Part shown: positions 62,473 to 64,000 of the stretch, one piece after another
Layout of the letters: each line of letters opens with the position of its first letter
Numbering within the stretch: the first letter of the stretch is position 1
Assembly (NCBI GenBank): GCA_963737155.1
Contig: CAVTRN010000002.1
Span: forward strand, 2,912,001 to 2,976,000
Source of the DNA: Nitrospirota bacterium
GTDB taxonomy: Bacteria; Nitrospirota; UBA9217
Length of the DNA stretch: 64,000 nucleotides
Direction of reading: 5' to 3'
Translations under genes and position numbers: made by a program
Notes under the pieces: generated by a model
What the model saw: the letters and a program-made list of their open reading frames with translations, nothing else
Database searches by the model: none
Told to the model about the DNA's origin: nothing

Positions 62473-63261
62473 ATGGACAAACTCATTTACGAACTTTTAC
62501 GCGGGAGTAAAGCGGCCGCAGCCCAACTCATTTCGATCGTTGAAAACAACGAAGCAAGTGCCCGGTACTTCATGAAGGAAGTCAAGCCGTATACCGGCAA
62601 GGCTCGGCTCATCGGCATTACTGGTACGCCAGGCAGCGGCAAGAGCACCTTGATCAATACTTTGACCGGAGTTCTCAGGAAAAAGAAAAAAAAAGTTGGC
62701 GTCATTGCGATCGACCCCACAAGTCCATTGACGGGGGGAGCACTTTTGGGAGACCGGATCAGAATGCACAGCCACTTCAGGGATTCGGGAGTCTTTATCC
62801 GAAGCATGGCGACTCGCAAAGGTACAGGCGGGCTCTCCCAGACCGCAGGAGACGCCGCTGCGATACTCGATGCCTTCGGAATGGATATCGTATTTATCGA
62901 GACAACCGGCGTCGGCCAAAACGAAACTGCAATTCGGAACTTTGCGAATATAGTAGTTGTGGTGATTACCCCAAACCTGGGAGATGAAATTCAGATGATG
63001 AAAGCCGGCCTTATGGAAATTGGCGACATTTTTGTGGTCAACAAAGGAGACTTGCCGATTGCGGAACGGAAGGCGCAAGAGATTGAAGACATCCTTCGCC
63101 TGCTCCCGAGCGGACGGGGGCGGCCACCCGTCGTCATTACTACTGCTGGTGAAGAAGTGGGAATCAAACGATTGCTGGAAGAATTAGAAAAAGCAGGCAA
63201 CGTTCTCGTCACAGATGATGTCAAAGAGTTTAAGCGGACAAAGAAACTTGATCGTAAATGA
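62473..63261 (+). CDS. meaB: MeaB/ArgK G-protein chaperone of B12 mutases
   Basis: GITG.PGSGKST, IDPTSP.TGGALLGDRIRM, FIRS, IET.GVGQ, GD.IQ..K.GLMEI.D..VVNK.D. Confidence 0.9.
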   Translation: MDKLIYELLRGSKAAAAQLISIVENNEASARYFMKEVKPYTGKARLIGITGTPGSGKSTLINTLTGVLRKKKKKVGVIAIDPTSPLTGGALLGDRIRMHSHFRDSGVFIRSMATRKGTGGLSQTAGDAAAILDAFGMDIVFIETTGVGQNETAIRNFANIVVVVITPNLGDEIQMMKAGLMEIGDIFVVNKGDLPIAERKAQEIEDILRLLPSGRGRPPVVITTAGEEVGIKRLLEELEKAGNVLVTDDVKEFKRTKKLDRK

Positions 63262-63581
63262 TCGGAACGCGCAGTTTCTATCTGTCGTCCACCCTGATTT
63301 TCGGCATACCTATAAGTGTTAACTTATAAGGAGAAAATTCGAAGTCTCTACTCGTTGCCCAAAAATATCGATACGGCAATAATCTAATTGCGAAGGCCTC
63401 CAGCATTATCTATGCTCCAAGCAATAAAAGTGCGGAATAGCTGGTATAGCGAGGCATGCCGTGTGCTGTATTACCCGACTCACAGACGAAACCGGAGACT
63501 CGGCAATCGAAGGCCCGATGTCGCGCGTATATTTCAGCAGTTTCCCCACCGGATCATTTCCCAACTATGCAACGTCGACAA

Positions 63582-64000
63582 TCATTTTGAAACGAGTTCG
63601 CCGAACCAGTAGGCAGCCGTTACTCCACCATCCATGAGGAAGTCGCTGCCAGTGATAAACGCGCCGTCCGGCCCCATCAGAAGAGCGCCAACGGCCCCCA
63701 CCTCATCTGGGGTGCCGCCGCGCCCAACCGGGGACAGCTCGATCATGCGCCGGTATCCCGCGCCGCGCGGACCAGTCAGCTCGTCCTTGGCCAGAGGCGT
63801 GAAGATTATTCCGGGGCTGATCGTGTTGACCCGCGCCCCTCTCTTGCCCCATCGCACCGCCTCGGCCATCACCCGCAACGAGTTTGCGCGCTTGGATATC
63901 TGGTAGGCATAGAGCGAATCTGTCATTTGGTCCGGCTGAAGCATCGGAAGAGCGAGCAACTCGTCAGCGGGCGTAGTCGCCAGCGCCTTGTTTTGCTCGG
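63582..64000 (-). CDS. Short-chain dehydrogenase/reductase, 3' part (runs off window)
   Basis: YQISK (YxxxK), RVNTISPG, GRGGTPDEV, FITG.D.LMDGG. Confidence 0.85.
   Translation of the reverse strand, partial: EQNKALATTPADELLALPMLQPDQMTDSLYAYQISKRANSLRVMAEAVRWGKRGARVNTISPGIIFTPLAKDELTGPRGAGYRRMIELSPVGRGGTPDEVGAVGALLMGPDGAFITGSDFLMDGGVTAAYWFGELVSK

Overview
Bacterial chromosomal accessory region of moderate GC. Gene content suggests an anaerobic or microaerobic Gram-negative such as Nitrospirota or Desulfobacterota (inference only). No rRNA, tRNA or CRISPR array was seen. There are four functional blocks. (1) 3-17.3 kb, cell-envelope lipid remodelling: an operon of GT9, ArnT-like GT-C, UPF0104 flippase, B12 radical SAM, DegT aminotransferase and a frameshifted class-I aminotransferase, then a PagL-like deacylase, a Tat-exported YcbK peptidase and a serine-palmitoyltransferase/ceramide-synthase (Spt-bCerS) pair facing an unannotated IPC-synthase-like PAP2 remnant. 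(2) 23-52 kb, osmotic/general stress: DUF5752-treT-treZ-treY, GH15, GH13, cydAB, MscS, DUF6496, two DUF5670, YSC84, DUF748 and PA2779-family genes. (3) An AT-rich orphan ATP-grasp/HAD gene. (4) 54-63 kb, acyl-CoA catabolism, with a B12 mutase carrying isobutyryl-CoA-mutase signature residues plus MeaB. The intergenic DNA holds many decayed genes (VOC, ArsS, PAP2, KdpD, integrase, USP, two PA2779, IS110, sll1863-like). It also holds a ~125-bp three-hairpin element in 4 co-oriented copies plus a lone end, resembling a non-autonomous IS200/IS605-type element or a structured RNA. All family calls come from recalled motifs, not database searches.
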